Origin: the human T2T-CHM13v2.0 reference genome, Homo sapiens
Length of the DNA: 64,000 nucleotides
Assembly (NCBI RefSeq): GCF_009914755.1
Contig: NC_060937.1
Direction: 5' to 3' (one strand)
Shown: positions 13,090 to 26,600 of the stretch, piece after piece
How the letters are laid out: each line of letters opens with the position of its first letter
Numbering within the stretch: position 1 is the first letter of the stretch
The notes under the pieces: generated by a model
What the model was told of the DNA's origin: nothing
The model's database searches: none
The model's input: only the letters and a program-made list of their open reading frames with translations
Translations under genes and position numbers: made by a program

Positions 13090-13700
13090 AAGTAGTGACC
13101 TGCTGGTGGAACCTAGCACAAGCTTGGCTGCTCACCGCTTGCAAAGCCTGTAACAAATGAAGGGAAAGTGACTTTATTTCCAAAGCTAGCAGTGGGGAAG
13201 TGGCTGACTTGCGCTTCCAACTTTAGGCTGGGAAGAGGGGCTTAAAAAGAGGCACTCAGAATGGGAGGCACATGGGAGGGGTGCTTCTACAAGGTCTGAG
13301 GGTCTCGTTCCAGTGGCTGTCGCAAGCCACAGCCCACCTGGAGCGGGAGGTGTCATCATCTTGATGGCTGGTTGTAGACTCACCGCCTTCAGGTGATCTC
13401 TGGCATTTTGCAGCTGGTTCTCTATGCTTGGTCTATCTCAAGATGAGCCCCTAGAACTTGTAAGTAAGCCCATAATTAAATACCAGCACACAGTTAGATA
13501 AATGTGCATGGGGCTAGGGGGCGCGTGGTGAGAAAGGGAGACCATGGTGTTGCAAAGAAAGTACATTTCAAGGCTATATTTTAAGACTAAGGAGAACAAA
13601 AGTTTTTTGCAGTAAGCTTTCTGCATCGTGAGACTAGGGGAAGAGGAGAAAAAGGAAAAAAAAAGTTTTAAAACTCATTTTCAGGCTACACTGTTTGATT
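13090..13700 (-). mobile_element. Probable ERV-class solo LTR (family not determined)
   Basis: Reverse-strand poly(A) signal (tttatt ~13173) and general LTR-like layout; weak recognition. Confidence 0.35.
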
Positions 13701-14099
13701 ACGTGGGGACTGCCCAGTCCTACAGACGTAAAGCCTTAAGCCAGCTCCTCTGAGATGAAAGGGATATTCTGGGCACAAAATCAGTCAAGAAAGGAAGTGC
13801 TGATGGGATTCTGGCTTGCTCCAGAGAGGGTGTCTGTCCTGCTTCGTGGTGAAGATTTGGCACCTCATCAAAAGAAGATGAATTTTCGCTCCTCAGAGAC
13901 AAATGAGAGGTCACAATGGATACCACTGATAGTTGGGAAGGTTTTCTGATGACGACGGCTCCTGCAGATCCTGGCTTTAGAGACTCGGGACCAGACCCCT
14001 CGCTGTCCCAGCCTCCACTTCCAGGAGCCTCTGGGATTCCCAGGATCTCACGCCTTCCTCTGACTACAGATAAAATCGGTTGGAAATTGCTTCAGCTAT

Positions 14100-17000
14100 T
14101 ATTTTTACCAAGATACTATACCATAAAATTCACCTTTTAAAGTATACAATTCAGTGGCTTTTAGTATATTCACAGTTGTACAGTCATCACCACTAACTCC
14201 AGAACATTTGTACCACTCCAGAAAGAACCCTCACGCCCATTAGCAGTCGTGTCCTATCCTTCCCTCTCTCTGGCCCCTGGCAGCCACTCATCTGTCTATG
14301 GACTTCCGTATTATGGACATTTCATATAAATGGAACCACATGATTTGTGGTTCTTTCACTCACGTAGTTCTCAAGGTTCGTTCGTGTTGTAGTAGCTATC
14401 AGTACTTCCTTTCTGTTTATTGCGGAGTCATTGTCCACTCTATAGGTATGCCGCATTTTGTTGACCCATCTATCGGTTTATAGACATGTGGGTTGTTTCC
14501 ACTTTTTGGCTATTATAAATGATGCTGCTCAGAACATTTGTATATAGGTTTTTGTGCAAACATGTTTTTTATTCTCTTGGGTATATTCCTAGGGGTGGAA
14601 TTGCTGGATCATATGTTAACTCTATGCTTAAATTTTTAGGGAACTTCCCAACTGTTTTGCAAGGTGGCTAGATCATTTTCCAGTCCAATCAGCAGCGTAT
14701 GCGAGTTCCAATTTCTCCACATTCTTGCCAACACTTGTTGTGGTCCTTTTGTTTACAGCCATTGTAATGGGTGTGAAGTTGTATCTCATTGTGGTTTTGA
14801 TTCATATTATTCTAATGAATAATGATGTTCACCATTGTTGCATTTTTTTTTTTTTTTTGGCTATTTGGATATCTTCTCTGGAAGAAAAGTCTATTCAAGT
14901 CCTTTGCCCAGTTTTAAATTGGGTTAATTGTCTTTTTATTACGGAGTTGTATGGGTTCTTTATATATTCTAGATATTAAACTCTTATTAGAAATGTGACT
15001 TGCAAATACTTTCTATTATTCTCTTACATGTCTTTTCTTTTTCTTGATAGTGTCCTTTGAAGCACAAATATTTTTAATTTTTATGAAGTCCATTTTATCC
15101 ATTTTTCCTTTTGTTGCTTGTGCTTTGGTGTCACATCTAAGAAACCATTGCCTAATCCAAGGTTGCAAATATTTATAACTGTAATATCTTCTAAGAGTTT
15201 TATACTTATAACTCTTACATTTTGGTCTTTTTATCCTTTTTGAGTTAACTTTTGTATCTGGTGCAAGGAAGGTTTCCAACTTCATTATTTTGCATATGGA
15301 TATTCAGTTGTCCCAGCATCATTTGTTGAGAAGATTCTTTTTCCCTGATTAAGTTGACACCCTTGTTGAGAATCAGTTGCCCATAAAAATGAGAGTTTAT
15401 TTCTAGATTCTCAATTCTATTCTGTTCATCTATATGTCTATCCTTAGCCGGTGCCACAGTTTTGATTACTGTAGCTTTGCAGTAAATTTTGAAATCAGAA
15501 TGTGTGAGTGCTTCAATTTTGTTCTTCTTTTTCAAGATTATTTTGGCTGTTATGGGTCCCTTGCATTTCCAGATCAAATTTAGCTTGTCAATTTCTGCAG
15601 AAAAGAGGTCCTTTGGCAATTTGATTGGGGTTGTGTTGAATCTGTATATAATTTGGGAAGTATTGCCATCTTAACACAATATTAAGTGTTCTGGTCCATG
15701 AACAGGGGTAGTCTTTCTATTTATTTCGGTCTTTAATTTTTTTCAATATTTTATAGTTTTCAGTGTACTGATCTTGAGCTTTTTAAATTAAATTTATTCC
15801 AAAGTATTTTACTGTTTTTAATGTTACTATAAATGGAATTGTTTTGTTCATTTTCAGATTGTCTATTGCCAGCATATAGAAATATAATTGATTTTTGTAT
15901 GCTGATCTTGTATCTGGCAACCTTGTTGAACTTGCTCATTCTATTAGTTTTCTAGTTGATTCCTTAGGATTTTTTGCATACAAGATCATGGCATCTGAAA
16001 ATATAGTTTTACTTCTTTTTTCCTAATCTGAATGCCTTTTAGTTCATTTTCTTGCCTAGTTTCTGACTAAAACCTCCAGTACAATGATGAATAGAACTAG
16101 GAAGAGCAGAAGCTTTGTCTTGTTCCTGATCTTAAGAAGAAACTTTCAGTGTTTCACCATTAAATACAGTGGTAACTGTGGGTTTTACTAGATGCCATGT
16201 ATCTATTAATAGTAAATGCAAGATACAACTTGGAAACACACGAGTTGAGAAAGCTCCCTTCTCTTCCTGCTTTGTTGAGTGTTTTTATCATGAAAGGGTG
16301 TTGGATTTTTTTTTCAAATTCTTTTTCTGCATCTATTGAGCACCTTAATGGTGCTCTTTATTACTTCATGTGGATTTGACTTACTGTCTACTTTTCTTTC
16401 ATTTCATCCTAAGAGACTCCCTTTGGTATTTCGTATAAAGAAGCTTTGCCAGAGATGAATATCCTGACTTTGTTTATCTGGAATGTCTTAATTTACCCTT
16501 CAATTTTGAAGCATAGAGTTGCTGTATATAAAATTGCTGGTTGATAGTCTTCCTGACAGCCCTTTGAATGTTTTATCTCATTGCCTTCTGGCCTGCATGG
16601 TTTCTGATGAGAAACTGCTGTAAATCTTAAGGCTCCTTTGTATATAATGTGTCACTTCTCTTATGCTGCTTTCAAGATTCTCTCTTTGTCTTTTGCAGTT
16701 TGCCAGGTGTCTGGGTGTGGATCTCTCTGAGTTTATCCTACTCAGAGTTCACTGAGCTTCTTGGATGTATAGATTAATGTTAACCAAACTTAGGAAGTTT
16801 TTACCATTATTTCTTCAAATATTCTTTCTGTTATCTTTCTCCTCTCCCTCTGGACTTTCATTATGTGTATTTGATAGACTTTATGGTATCCCACAGACCT
16901 CTAAGGCTGTATTAATTTTTCTTGGTTATATTTTCTTCCCTTCTGTTACTTAAACTGGATAACCTCATTGACCTATCTTCAAGTTTACTGATTGTTTTGC

Positions 17001-18700
17001 CTGCTCAAATCTGCTGTTGAGCATCTCCAGTGAATTTTCATTTCTGTTGTTGTACTCTCAACTTCAGAATTTCTTTTTGGTCTTAATAATGTCTATATTT
17101 CTATTGATATTTTCTATTTGATGAATGTATTAGTCATTTTTTACACTGCTATAAAGAACTACCTAAGACCGGGTAATTTATAAAGGAAAGAGGTTTAATT
17201 GACTCACAGTTCTGCATGGCTAGGGAGGCCTCAGGAAACTTACAATCATGCCAGAAGGCAAAGGTGAAGCAAGACATGTCTTACGTGGCAGCAAGGTTGT
17301 GGGAAGGGAACTGCCAAACACTTTTAAACCATCGGATCTTGTGAGAACTCAGTATCATGAGACTATCATGGAGTAAACTGCCCCCATGAGCCAACCACCT
17401 CCCACCAGGTCCCTCGCTTGACATGTGAGAATTACAATTCGAGATGAGATTTGAGTGGGTCACAGAGCCAAATCATATCAATAAAATATTATCCTTTTAC
17501 TTTTATTTAGTTCCTTAGACATGATTTCTTCTAGTTCTTTGAATATGCTTAAAATGGTTGATTTAAAGTCTTTGTCAAGTAAGTCCAATGTCTGTGCTTC
17601 CTCAGTGATGATTTCTATTAATGGCATTTTTTATGTATATGGCCATACTTTCTCATTTCTTTGTATGTTTGACATTTTTCTTTCTTGAAAATTGGACATT
17701 TTAGGTAAGATAATATAGCACCTCTGAGAATCGGGTTCTTTCACCTCCCCAGGTTTTATTGTTGCTGCTGTTTGTTGTTGTGGTTGTTTGATGACTTTCC
17801 TGAACTAACTCAGTAAAGTCTTTATTCTTTGTGGTGTGTGACCACTAAAAAGTCTTCTTGGGTAGCTACTAGACAAAAATTCCTTAGATGCCTGGAAACA
17901 CAAGCCTCTCAGACTTTGCATAGGGGTTCTGTGTGCGTGCTGAGGCACACCTTCAACAAAGTCAGAATATTTCTAGCTCTGCCTTAGCTTTCACTTCCTG
18001 CTTATGCAGATCCTTAAGTCAGCCAGAAGTGAGGTCCCAGGGCCACCATAGGTCTTTCCTTGCAAAGCCCACAGCACTGGACATGTCCATGGCCCTCTAG
18101 ATTCCCAGGAATGTGACAGAGCATTTCAGAGCTCTCTATGCACATCTCATTTCCCAGATTTTCATGCTAAGCTTGTTAGTTAGCCTCTTGTTTTCCCTCA
18201 ACTGCTAACCAACACTTTAGCCAGTAAAACAATTTTCAGTTGCTTCTGATTATTTATAACAAATGCCTGGGGAAAAAGCTGTTCTCACCGAATGAGCTCA
18301 GATCAAATAAAGCTGATATTCCAAGGAAGCACCAGACAGATCAAATAATGACAACTCTCCGACGATGGGGCTTTGAAGGAGGTCCCACCCTGTTCTGCCC
18401 CCTGCAGTGGCTGCCAGGCTGCTGGCTTTACCATGATTACAGGCTGTTGATTTTCAAGCTACCATGGAGCTGGAGGGTGGGCAGGAGAGATGGGAACAGG
18501 GCTAGATAAAAGGTCCAAGCTTGCTCTTTTACTGAGATTCAGCTGTTTGCCTCAAACAAACAGATTTCTGCAAGCTTTTGGTTAATTTCCAGACTTCTGA
18601 AAAACTTTCCTCTGATGATTTTTGCCAGTGTTCTCATTGTTTTTATGGAGGAAGAAATTGGCAGGGGGGTTCTCGCTCTGCTGTTTTTGCTGGTATCACC
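14100..18700 (-). mobile_element. Degraded L1M (L1MB-like 3' part ~14100-16360 plus an older 5'/ORF1 part)
   Basis: T-rich; minus-strand ORFs 15245-15619 and 15016-15285 translate to L1 ORF2-like peptide (KLNLIWKCKGP...DFKIYCKATVIKT...DFIKIKNICASKDTI). Confidence 0.9.
17126..17480 (-). mobile_element. THE1D/MSTA-like solo LTR inserted in L1
   Basis: TG...CA ends, same diagnostic motifs as 218-568, TSD atgaa/ataaa. Confidence 0.85.
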
Positions 18701-20719
18701 CTGAAAGTTAATTATGGGCTTTACTGAAGCCCTAGTCCGGTTGTACATAATCAGTTAGTGAGAGTTACAAGATGTAGTGCTTTTTCCCGAAGGAGTCCAT
18801 TATCCTTCACCTGACTCACCTGTCTCATCGTAAAACCCATGCCCTTTAGCCAGAATCTTACTTGAGAGATCTTTTTGGGTTCCAGGCCTTCCAGTGTTGA
18901 ACGGCCTCTCATATGGCTTCATTCCAGCAGCTCGTCCTCTGAGGCATGTGGCAGTACTCCTGAAGCCAAGCTCATGGCAGTGGGTGCTGACTTGGCCATG
19001 GTTTGCTGCATTGGCACTTGTCATCATCTTGTTTTTGTTGTGTGAAATTGAGGTTTGCTGCTCACGTTGCACATGCAGAGAGCAGCAGATGCTCACAGTC
19101 GTGCTCAGTTCATTTCCATCATAGAGTTGGACTTCTTACAGAACTCCAGTTTCCAAGGCACTTATACCACTTAGTTTTTCTGAGAAGTGTACCATGTAAG
19201 GCTCCTGAAAGTGGCAATCGTTAGCATCCAAAAGGTATTTAAGTTTATTCTTTCAATCTTCTCCATATAATGATTAGTGATCCCAATTTCCTCACATCCC
19301 AATGAAGCAGAGATCCAACCGTGTAAAGTGGTGTAAATGCATCACTCCAGGAAGATCACAGCGAGGAAGGGAACTCACGTCCAAGCTGCTACTGCCGCTG
19401 CTTTTGCCACCTCTCCCATCCCCTGAGCACCTTTTTATCTGTACCGTGCAGGTGCTGGCCTGTTTGTAAGTGTTGGCATGTATGTCGAACATGGCTTAAG
19501 TTAGAACAATCGCCGCATGCCTGTCATCCATTTTAAAAGTGAGCCTTAATCCCTATAGCAGCTTCATGACTGGTGTTATAAGGAACCCAGAAGAGAACAC
19601 AAGCTCTCAAGAAAGTTTTTGACTTGGAGAGGGCTCACTGTTTTGCAAGGGGGTATATCATTTTTGCATGGAAGCAACCATTAAGTTCTTTCCATCATTC
19701 TAACTTTAACAGCTGGGTTGTGTGACTGTGCTTTTCTTGACTCCTGGTTTCTTTCGGGCCTGTAGGAAGAGCCTGGGCAGTGGGCCCTGCCTTGGGGCTC
19801 TCACTGTGCCCTCACATTACTTTTCATTTCTTTGACATCTTTCTCATTCAAAACGACGAATGAACCTTTGTGCTGTGCAAGTTGTAGTATTCAGTGACAG
19901 GGTATTATGAGCTCTTTGTGCACATAATTCCATGTTATGAAAACCTTTCACCAACTTCTTAAATTGGCTGGTTTGAAGTGCACATTGTGTTATGGCATAA
20001 TCTGTATTATTAAGAATATGAATTGGGAATTAGCATTAGATCTTTCAGAAAGAATTGGGAATTCAAAGAGAAAGACTTGCCTTCATTCTTCAGTCTTGAT
20101 TTAGGGTATGTTATTTAACATGTCATTTCTTCCAAGTATCTGACTTCAGTTTCTTCATGGGACTTGCTGAGATGATTTCAAAACTTTTGTTTAACTATAT
20201 TTTGGGAACATTTACCAAGACGTTTCTTAAAGAAAATAATCCTTTCTTCAATTGCTGCTGTTCTGAAAGATAAACCAGACTTTGTGGTTTATGATAAGCC
20301 AAAGATATGGTCTGTAATAAATAGTGTTGCTAGACAGACACTGTACGGAGCGCATCATTGAGGTTGAGTCTCCATCTTTAGGAGCTTGGCATCAACGACA
20401 AAGAACGTGAGCACGTAGGAAGATACGGGAGATGTACTGACGGTGAAATACTAAGACGCTGACTAATATGTGTGTCTCTTTAACAGGACTTCACTCACAT
20501 AATTTTGAATTTATTCCATGAGCCAAGACACAAATTCATACTAAGGAATAAAACATTTCCTGGAGTTCAAGAATTTCAGGGTTACCTTCTTGCCTCATGA
20601 ACGCTCTTAATTCACCCTTTCACTTTATTTGTGCATTTCAATTCAATCGATTCTGTTTGTTGAACAGCATTTAAGTGCAGATTCTCTGGGCAAGCTCTAG
20701 GCTACCTCTCAGATCCATC

Positions 20720-21180
20720 CTCTATTGCTGTGTGACAAATTACCCCAAAACTTAGTGGCTTAAAGCAACTTAGAGGCTTTGCTGGGTGGGTTGGGTTTGG
20801 CTGTCTCATGAGATTGTGGTCAAGATGCCAAGTGAGGCTGCAGTCACCTGAAATCTTGGCGTCCCAGATGATTCACTTTGCTGGGAAGTTGATACCAGAT
20901 GTTATAGGAAGATGACTCACTTTGCTGGGAAGTTGGTACCAGATGTTATAGGAGGCCTCTTCTCCTCGCATGAGGGCTGCAGTCTTTCCCAGAGCAACTG
21001 GCCCAAGAGAGATCAGGGCAGAAGCTGCAATGTCTTTTTTACCTGGTCTCGGGGGTTAGACTCTGGCATCTCCTTTGGCTCCAGGGATCAGCGTTGTTCA
21101 GTGTGGGAACATCTATCTAGGGTGTAAATACCAGGAGGTGAGAATCGGGAGGCCATCCTGGAAGCTGGTTATGGTAGCCC
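20720..21180 (-). mobile_element. Old MLT1 LTR with internal 44-bp tandem duplication (~20868-20954)
   Basis: 'ctattgctgtgtgacaaattaccccaaaacttagtggcttaaagcaac'; duplicated 'gatga.tcactttgctgggaagttg.taccagatgttatagga'. Confidence 0.65.
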
Positions 21181-21651
21181 CGGATATTTGGAGGTGAGTC
21201 TGCCCCACTGTTTCCCCTCCTCAGGTACGCAAGTTTCCACGGGACAGTCCTCACTTAAAGAAATAAGGCAGCTGATTGGAAGAATGTTTGACAAGCAGTT
21301 TCCCAGTGTGCTCCTCGGTACATGCACATTCCTGTTATCTGACAGCTTGCAACCCCAAGCCTCGCTCCCTTCCTCCAGCCTCTCTGTGAGGAACTCTTAT
21401 CGAGCGCCCATTGGGTACTTCACCATTCCTTACTGAGGTCACCTCGGTATGAGGAAAATCGAAGATGTGGGTTACCCTCACAAGCTGGCTTCAATCCCCT
21501 CTCAGTTTTCTGACTTCAGTCCCCATGGAAAGAATCCTGGGCACCTCATCCATTGCTGGTGGCCCTGTGATGAGTCCAGGGAGTGCGGATCCCTTCGGAA
21601 GCTGGCTCATGTGCCCAGGAGGCCACTTTCTCTGCACCTGCGGCCTTGCTT

Positions 21652-22063
21652 CTGGGGTGGGTTGAATTGTGTACACCCAATGCATATGTTGAAGTTTAGA
21701 TCCCTGGTACCTGTGAATGTGACCTAATTTAGAAAAAAGGGTCTTTGCAGGTGTAATTAGGTAAGATGAGATCATAGTGGAGTAGAGTGAGCCCTCCATC
21801 CAAAATGGCTGGTGTCCTTGTAAAAAGAGAAGAGACACAGAGACAGAGGAAAGACAGCCACGTGACAATAGGGGCAGAGACTGCTGTGATGCTAGGAGGA
21901 AGCCAGGGAGGACCCTTCCCGGGAGCCTTTGAAAAGAACACGGCCCTGCTGACAGTTTGTTCTTGGACTTCTGGCCTCCAGAACCATGAGATGATCAATT
22001 TCTATTGTTTTAAGTCCCCCAGTGCATGGTACTTTCTTACAGCATCCCTGGCAAACTGACACA
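21652..22063 (+). mobile_element. MLT1B/C-like LTR
   Basis: 'gggttgaattgtgt...cctgtgaatgtgacctaatttagaaaaaagggtctttgcaggtgtaatt...ggacttctggcctccagaacc'. Confidence 0.8.
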
Positions 22064-22888
22064 CCATCCAGGGAAATTACATCTGATGGTGTTGTTACTG
22101 CTTCACGACTTGGAAGCAGTTTAGCAGGAGGGGAGGTATGGGAATTGAAGCAAATCGTGTCACCTGCACTTGATATTTGCAAGTCAGCCAGTTTCTTTGA
22201 GAGAGTAAGAAAGCAATTAGAGAAGAGACTAATATTGATAATAATAACAACAATAAGAATTACTCTGTATATGTGATTAGCCAACCACTTAAGAACTTTA
22301 CTTGCATTCATTAAAAAATTCCTTACATCAACCTGACGGAAGGAACATAGAAGAACAAACAGTAGATGAGGATATTATTTGACCAAGGACTCTGAGAGGA
22401 ATGATGCTCGTGTACAAATGTTAGGACTTGAGGGGTCCAAGTCCTGAACCAATGAGCCAACGGAGATCCAGATATCAGCCCTCGGTGCTGGGCGGTGCTG
22501 CGCCCCTCAGGCCTCTTGCACAGACAGGGCCCTGCCTGCTGAGCAGTGGGCAGTCTCTCAGAAAGAGGCTCAGGAGGGGGCTGAGCAGTTCCTCCTCCCA
22601 GTTACCCCCGTCTTGGAGAGGCTGGGAGTGCACTCACGCAGGGAAACCCAGGGTGGCGGGGCTGCCCCTCGTGGCCACCTGGGGAGGCTTGACTTTTGCT
22701 GAGGCTGGGTTGGAGAAGGCACGGGAAACTTGGGGATTGCAGGAACCCCTTTTAATACAAGGAAGCCCAGTCAAGGATTTGTCTATGATCCAATAAGTGT
22801 TTTCCTTGTATTCAGTTTAGGGGAGGAATTGACCTGGGCATTGAGGAGCCATTTCCAGGGAGCTGGGGAGCACAGCAGGAACAGAGGG

Positions 22889-23118
22889 GCCAGCGCCATC
22901 TCTCCACGCACCCCCAGGGGTCAGGAGCCAGCACCATCTATCCTCCACACACTCCCGAGGGTCAGGAGCCAGCGCCATCTCTCAGCACAACCCCGTGGGT
23001 CAGGAGCCAGCGCCGTCTCTCAATGCACCCCCGGGGGTCATGAGCCAGCGCCATCTTTCCATGCACTCCCGGGGGTCAGGACCCAGTGCCGTCTCTCCAT
23101 GCACTCCCGGGGGTCAGG
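22889..23118. repeat. Diverged minisatellite, ~6 x 38 bp
   Basis: Unit gccagcgccatctctccatgcactcccgggggtcagga, starts ~22889, 22927, 22968, 23006, 23044, 23082. Confidence 0.9.
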
Positions 23119-23384
23119 GTGGTCACAAGGTGTCCTCTGGGTGGCACTGACTACCACCTGGAGCTGCCTTTCACAGGGAGCCCTCGCCTGCCTGCGGGGG
23201 CCTTTGGAGATGTCCACAGAGCTGAGTCTCCAGGAGATGCTGGGGAGGGTGGGTGAGGAGTGCTGACCATGGGCAGCCGCGCCGGGAGGGCCCGCACCCG
23301 ACTCTGGGAGGGTTGCCTTTTCTTCATCTTCTTCCTTTTCTATTTACCTGGATCGAAATGACTTCAAATCCCACCATTTTTCAG

Positions 23385-23454
23385 TTTACATCCACGTGTT
23401 CTCTGCCTTGATTGTGATCATCGCTGGGGCCTTCGTCATCACCATCATCTACAG
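23385..23454 (+). CDS. TEX29: TEX29 coding exon 3, transmembrane helix ((I)YIHVFSALIVIIAGAFVITIIY(R))
   Basis: Acceptor 'ccatttttcag|TT', donor CAG|GTCGGT; 70 nt, phase 1-2; hydrophobic run. Confidence 0.95.
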
Positions 23455-23638
23455 GTCGGTCCTTTTGTTCTTTACTGGGAGGGTGGGGGGGAGGGGACTC
23501 ACCTCTCCTGGCCGCAGCTTCCTGCCTGCCTGGGCTCCTTCGGGCTTGGTGCTGCTGGGGTGACTGAGAACAGCTCTCCGTGAGCCTGGGAAAGGGAACT
23601 GGCCAGGCTCACGGAGGGCCCCACTGATTTTCTCCAGA

Positions 23639-26600
23639 GTGCTTGTTGATGAAAATCATAACCCATGTTTAGTGAGCACCTGTGCTTGTTGATGAAAATC
23701 ATAACCCGTGTTTAGTGAGCACCTGTGCTTGTTGATGAAAATCATAACCCGTGTTTAGTGAGCACCTGTGCTTGTTGATGAAAATCATAACCCGTGTTTA
23801 GTGAGCACCTGTGCTTGTTGATGAACATCATAACCCGTGTTTAGTGAGCACCTGTGCTTGTTGATGAAAATCATAACCCGTGTTTAGTGAGCACCTGTGC
23901 TTGTTGATGAAAATCATAACCCGTGTTTAGTGAGCACCTGTGCTTGTTGATGAAAATCATAACCCGTGTTTAGTGAGCACCTGTGCTTGTTGATGAAAAT
24001 CATAACCCGTGTTTAGTGAGCACCTGTGCTTGTTGATGAAAATCATAACCCGTGTTTAGTGAGCACCTGTGCTTGTTGATGAAAATCATAACCCGTGTTT
24101 AGTGAGCACCTGTGCTTGTTGATGAACATCATAACCCGTGTTTAGTGAGCACCTGTGCTTGTTGATGAACATCATAACCCGTGTTTAGTGAGCACCTGTG
24201 CTTGTTGATGAACATCATAACCCGTGTTTAGTGAGCACCTGTGCTTGTTGATGAACATCATAACCCGTGTTTAGTGAGCACCTGTGCTTGTTGATGAACA
24301 TCATAACCCGTGTTTAGTGAGCACCTGTGCTTGTTGATGAAAATCATAACCCGTGTTTAGTGAGCACCTGTGCTTGTTGATGAACATCATAACCCGTGTT
24401 TAGTGAGCACCTGTGCTTGTTGATGAAAATCATAACCCGTGTTTAGTGAGCACCTGTGCTTGTTGATGAAAATCATAACCCGTGTTTAGTGAGCACCTGT
24501 GCTTGTTGATGAAAATCATAACCCGTGTTTAGTGAGCACCTGTGCTTGTTGATGAACATCATAACCCGTGTTTAGTGAGCACCTGTGCTTGTTGATGAAA
24601 ATCATAACCCGTGTTTAGTGAGCACCTGTGCTTGTTGATGAAAATCATAACCCGTGTTTAGTGAGCACCTGTGCTTGTTGATGAAAATCATAACCCGTGT
24701 TTAGTGAGCACCTGTGCTTGTTGATGAAAATCATAACCCCTGTTTAGTGAGCACCTGTGCTTGTTGATGAAAATCATAACCCGTGTTTAGTGAGCACCTG
24801 TGCTTGTTGATGAAAATCATAACCCGTGTTTAGTGAGCACCTGTGCTTGTTGATGAAAATCATAACCCGTGTTTAGTGAGCACCTGTGCTTGTTGATGAA
24901 AATCATAACCCGTGTTTAGTGAGCACCTGTGCTTGTTGATGAACATCATAACCCGTGTTTAGTGAGCACCTGTGCTTGTTGATGAACATCATAACCCGTG
25001 TTTAGTGAGCACCTGTGCTTGTTGATGAACATCATTACCCGTGTTTAGTGAGCACCTGTGCTTGTTGATGAAAATCATAACCCGTGTTTAGTGAGCACCT
25101 GTGCTTGTTGATGAAAATCATAACCCGTGTTTAGTGAGCACCTGTGCTTGTTGATGAACATCATAACCCGTGTTTAGTGAGCACCTGTGCTTGTTGATGA
25201 ACATCATAACCCGTGTTTAGTGAGCACCTGTGCTTGTTGATGAAAATCATAACCCGTGTTTAGTGAGCACCTGTGCTTGTTGATGAAAATCATAACCCGT
25301 GTTTAGTGAGCACCTGTGCTTGTTGATGAAAATCATAACCCGTGTTTAGTGAGCACCTGTGCTTGTTGATGAAAATCATAACCCGTGTTTAGTGAGCACC
25401 TGTGCTTGTTGATGAAAATCATAACCCGTGTTTAGTGAGCACCTGTGCTTGTTGATGAACATCATAACCCGTGTTTAGTGAGCACCTGTGCTTGTTGATG
25501 AACATCATAACCCGTGTTTAGTGAGCACCTGTGCTTGTTGATGAAAATCATAACCCGTGTTTAGTGAGCACCTGTGCTTGTTGATGAAAATCATAACCCG
25601 TGTTTAGTGAGCACCTGTGCTTGTTGATGAAAATCATAACCCGTGTTTAGTGAGCACCTGTGCTTGTTGATGAAAATCATAACCCGTGTTTAGTGAGCAC
25701 CTGTGCTTGTTGATGAAAATCATAACCCGTGTTTAGTGAGCACCTGTGCTTGTTGATGAAAATCATAACCCGTGTTTAGTGAGCACCTGTGCTTGTTGAT
25801 GAAAATCATAACCCGTGTTTAGTGAGCACCTGTGCTTGTTGATGAAAATCATAACCCGTGTTTAGTGAGCACCTGTGCTTGTTGATGAACATCATAACCC
25901 GTGTTTAGTGAGCACCTGTGCTTGTTGATGAAAATCATAACCCGTGTTTAGTGAGCACCTGTGCTTGTTGATGAAAATCATAACCCGTGTTTAGTGAGCA
26001 CCTGTGCTTGTTGATGAAAATCATAACCTGTGTTTAGTGAGCACCTGTGCTTGTTGATGAAAATCATAACCCCTGTTTAGTGAGCACCTGTGCTTGTTGA
26101 TGAAAATCATAACCCGTGTTTAGTGAGCACCTGTGCTTGTTGATGAAAATCATAACCCGTGTTTAGTGAGCACCTGTGCTTGTTGATGAAAATCATAACC
26201 CGTGTTTAGTGAGCACCTGTGCTTGTTGATGAAAATCATAACCCGTGTTTAGTGAGCACCTGTGCTTGTTGATGAACATCATAACCCGTGTTTAGTGAGC
26301 ACCTGTGCTTGTTGATGAACATCATAACCCGTGTTTAGTGAGCACCTGTGCTTGTTGATGAACATCATTACCCGTGTTTAGTGAGCACCTGTGCTTGTTG
26401 ATGAAAATCATAACCCGTGTTTAGTGAGCACCTGTGCTTGTTGATGAAAATCATAACCCGTGTTTAGTGAGCACCTGTGCTTGTTGATGAACATCATAAC
26501 CCGTGTTTAGTGAGCACCTGTGCTTGTTGATGAACATCATAACCCGTGTTTAGTGAGCACCTGTGCTTGTTGATGAAAATCATAACCCGTGTTTAGTGAG

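Noticed and set aside
18800-20600. Unique intronic block with isolated splice-like sites (e.g. tttaacag ~20487)
   Set aside because: TEX29 CDS closes perfectly without it; no coherent exon or homology recognised
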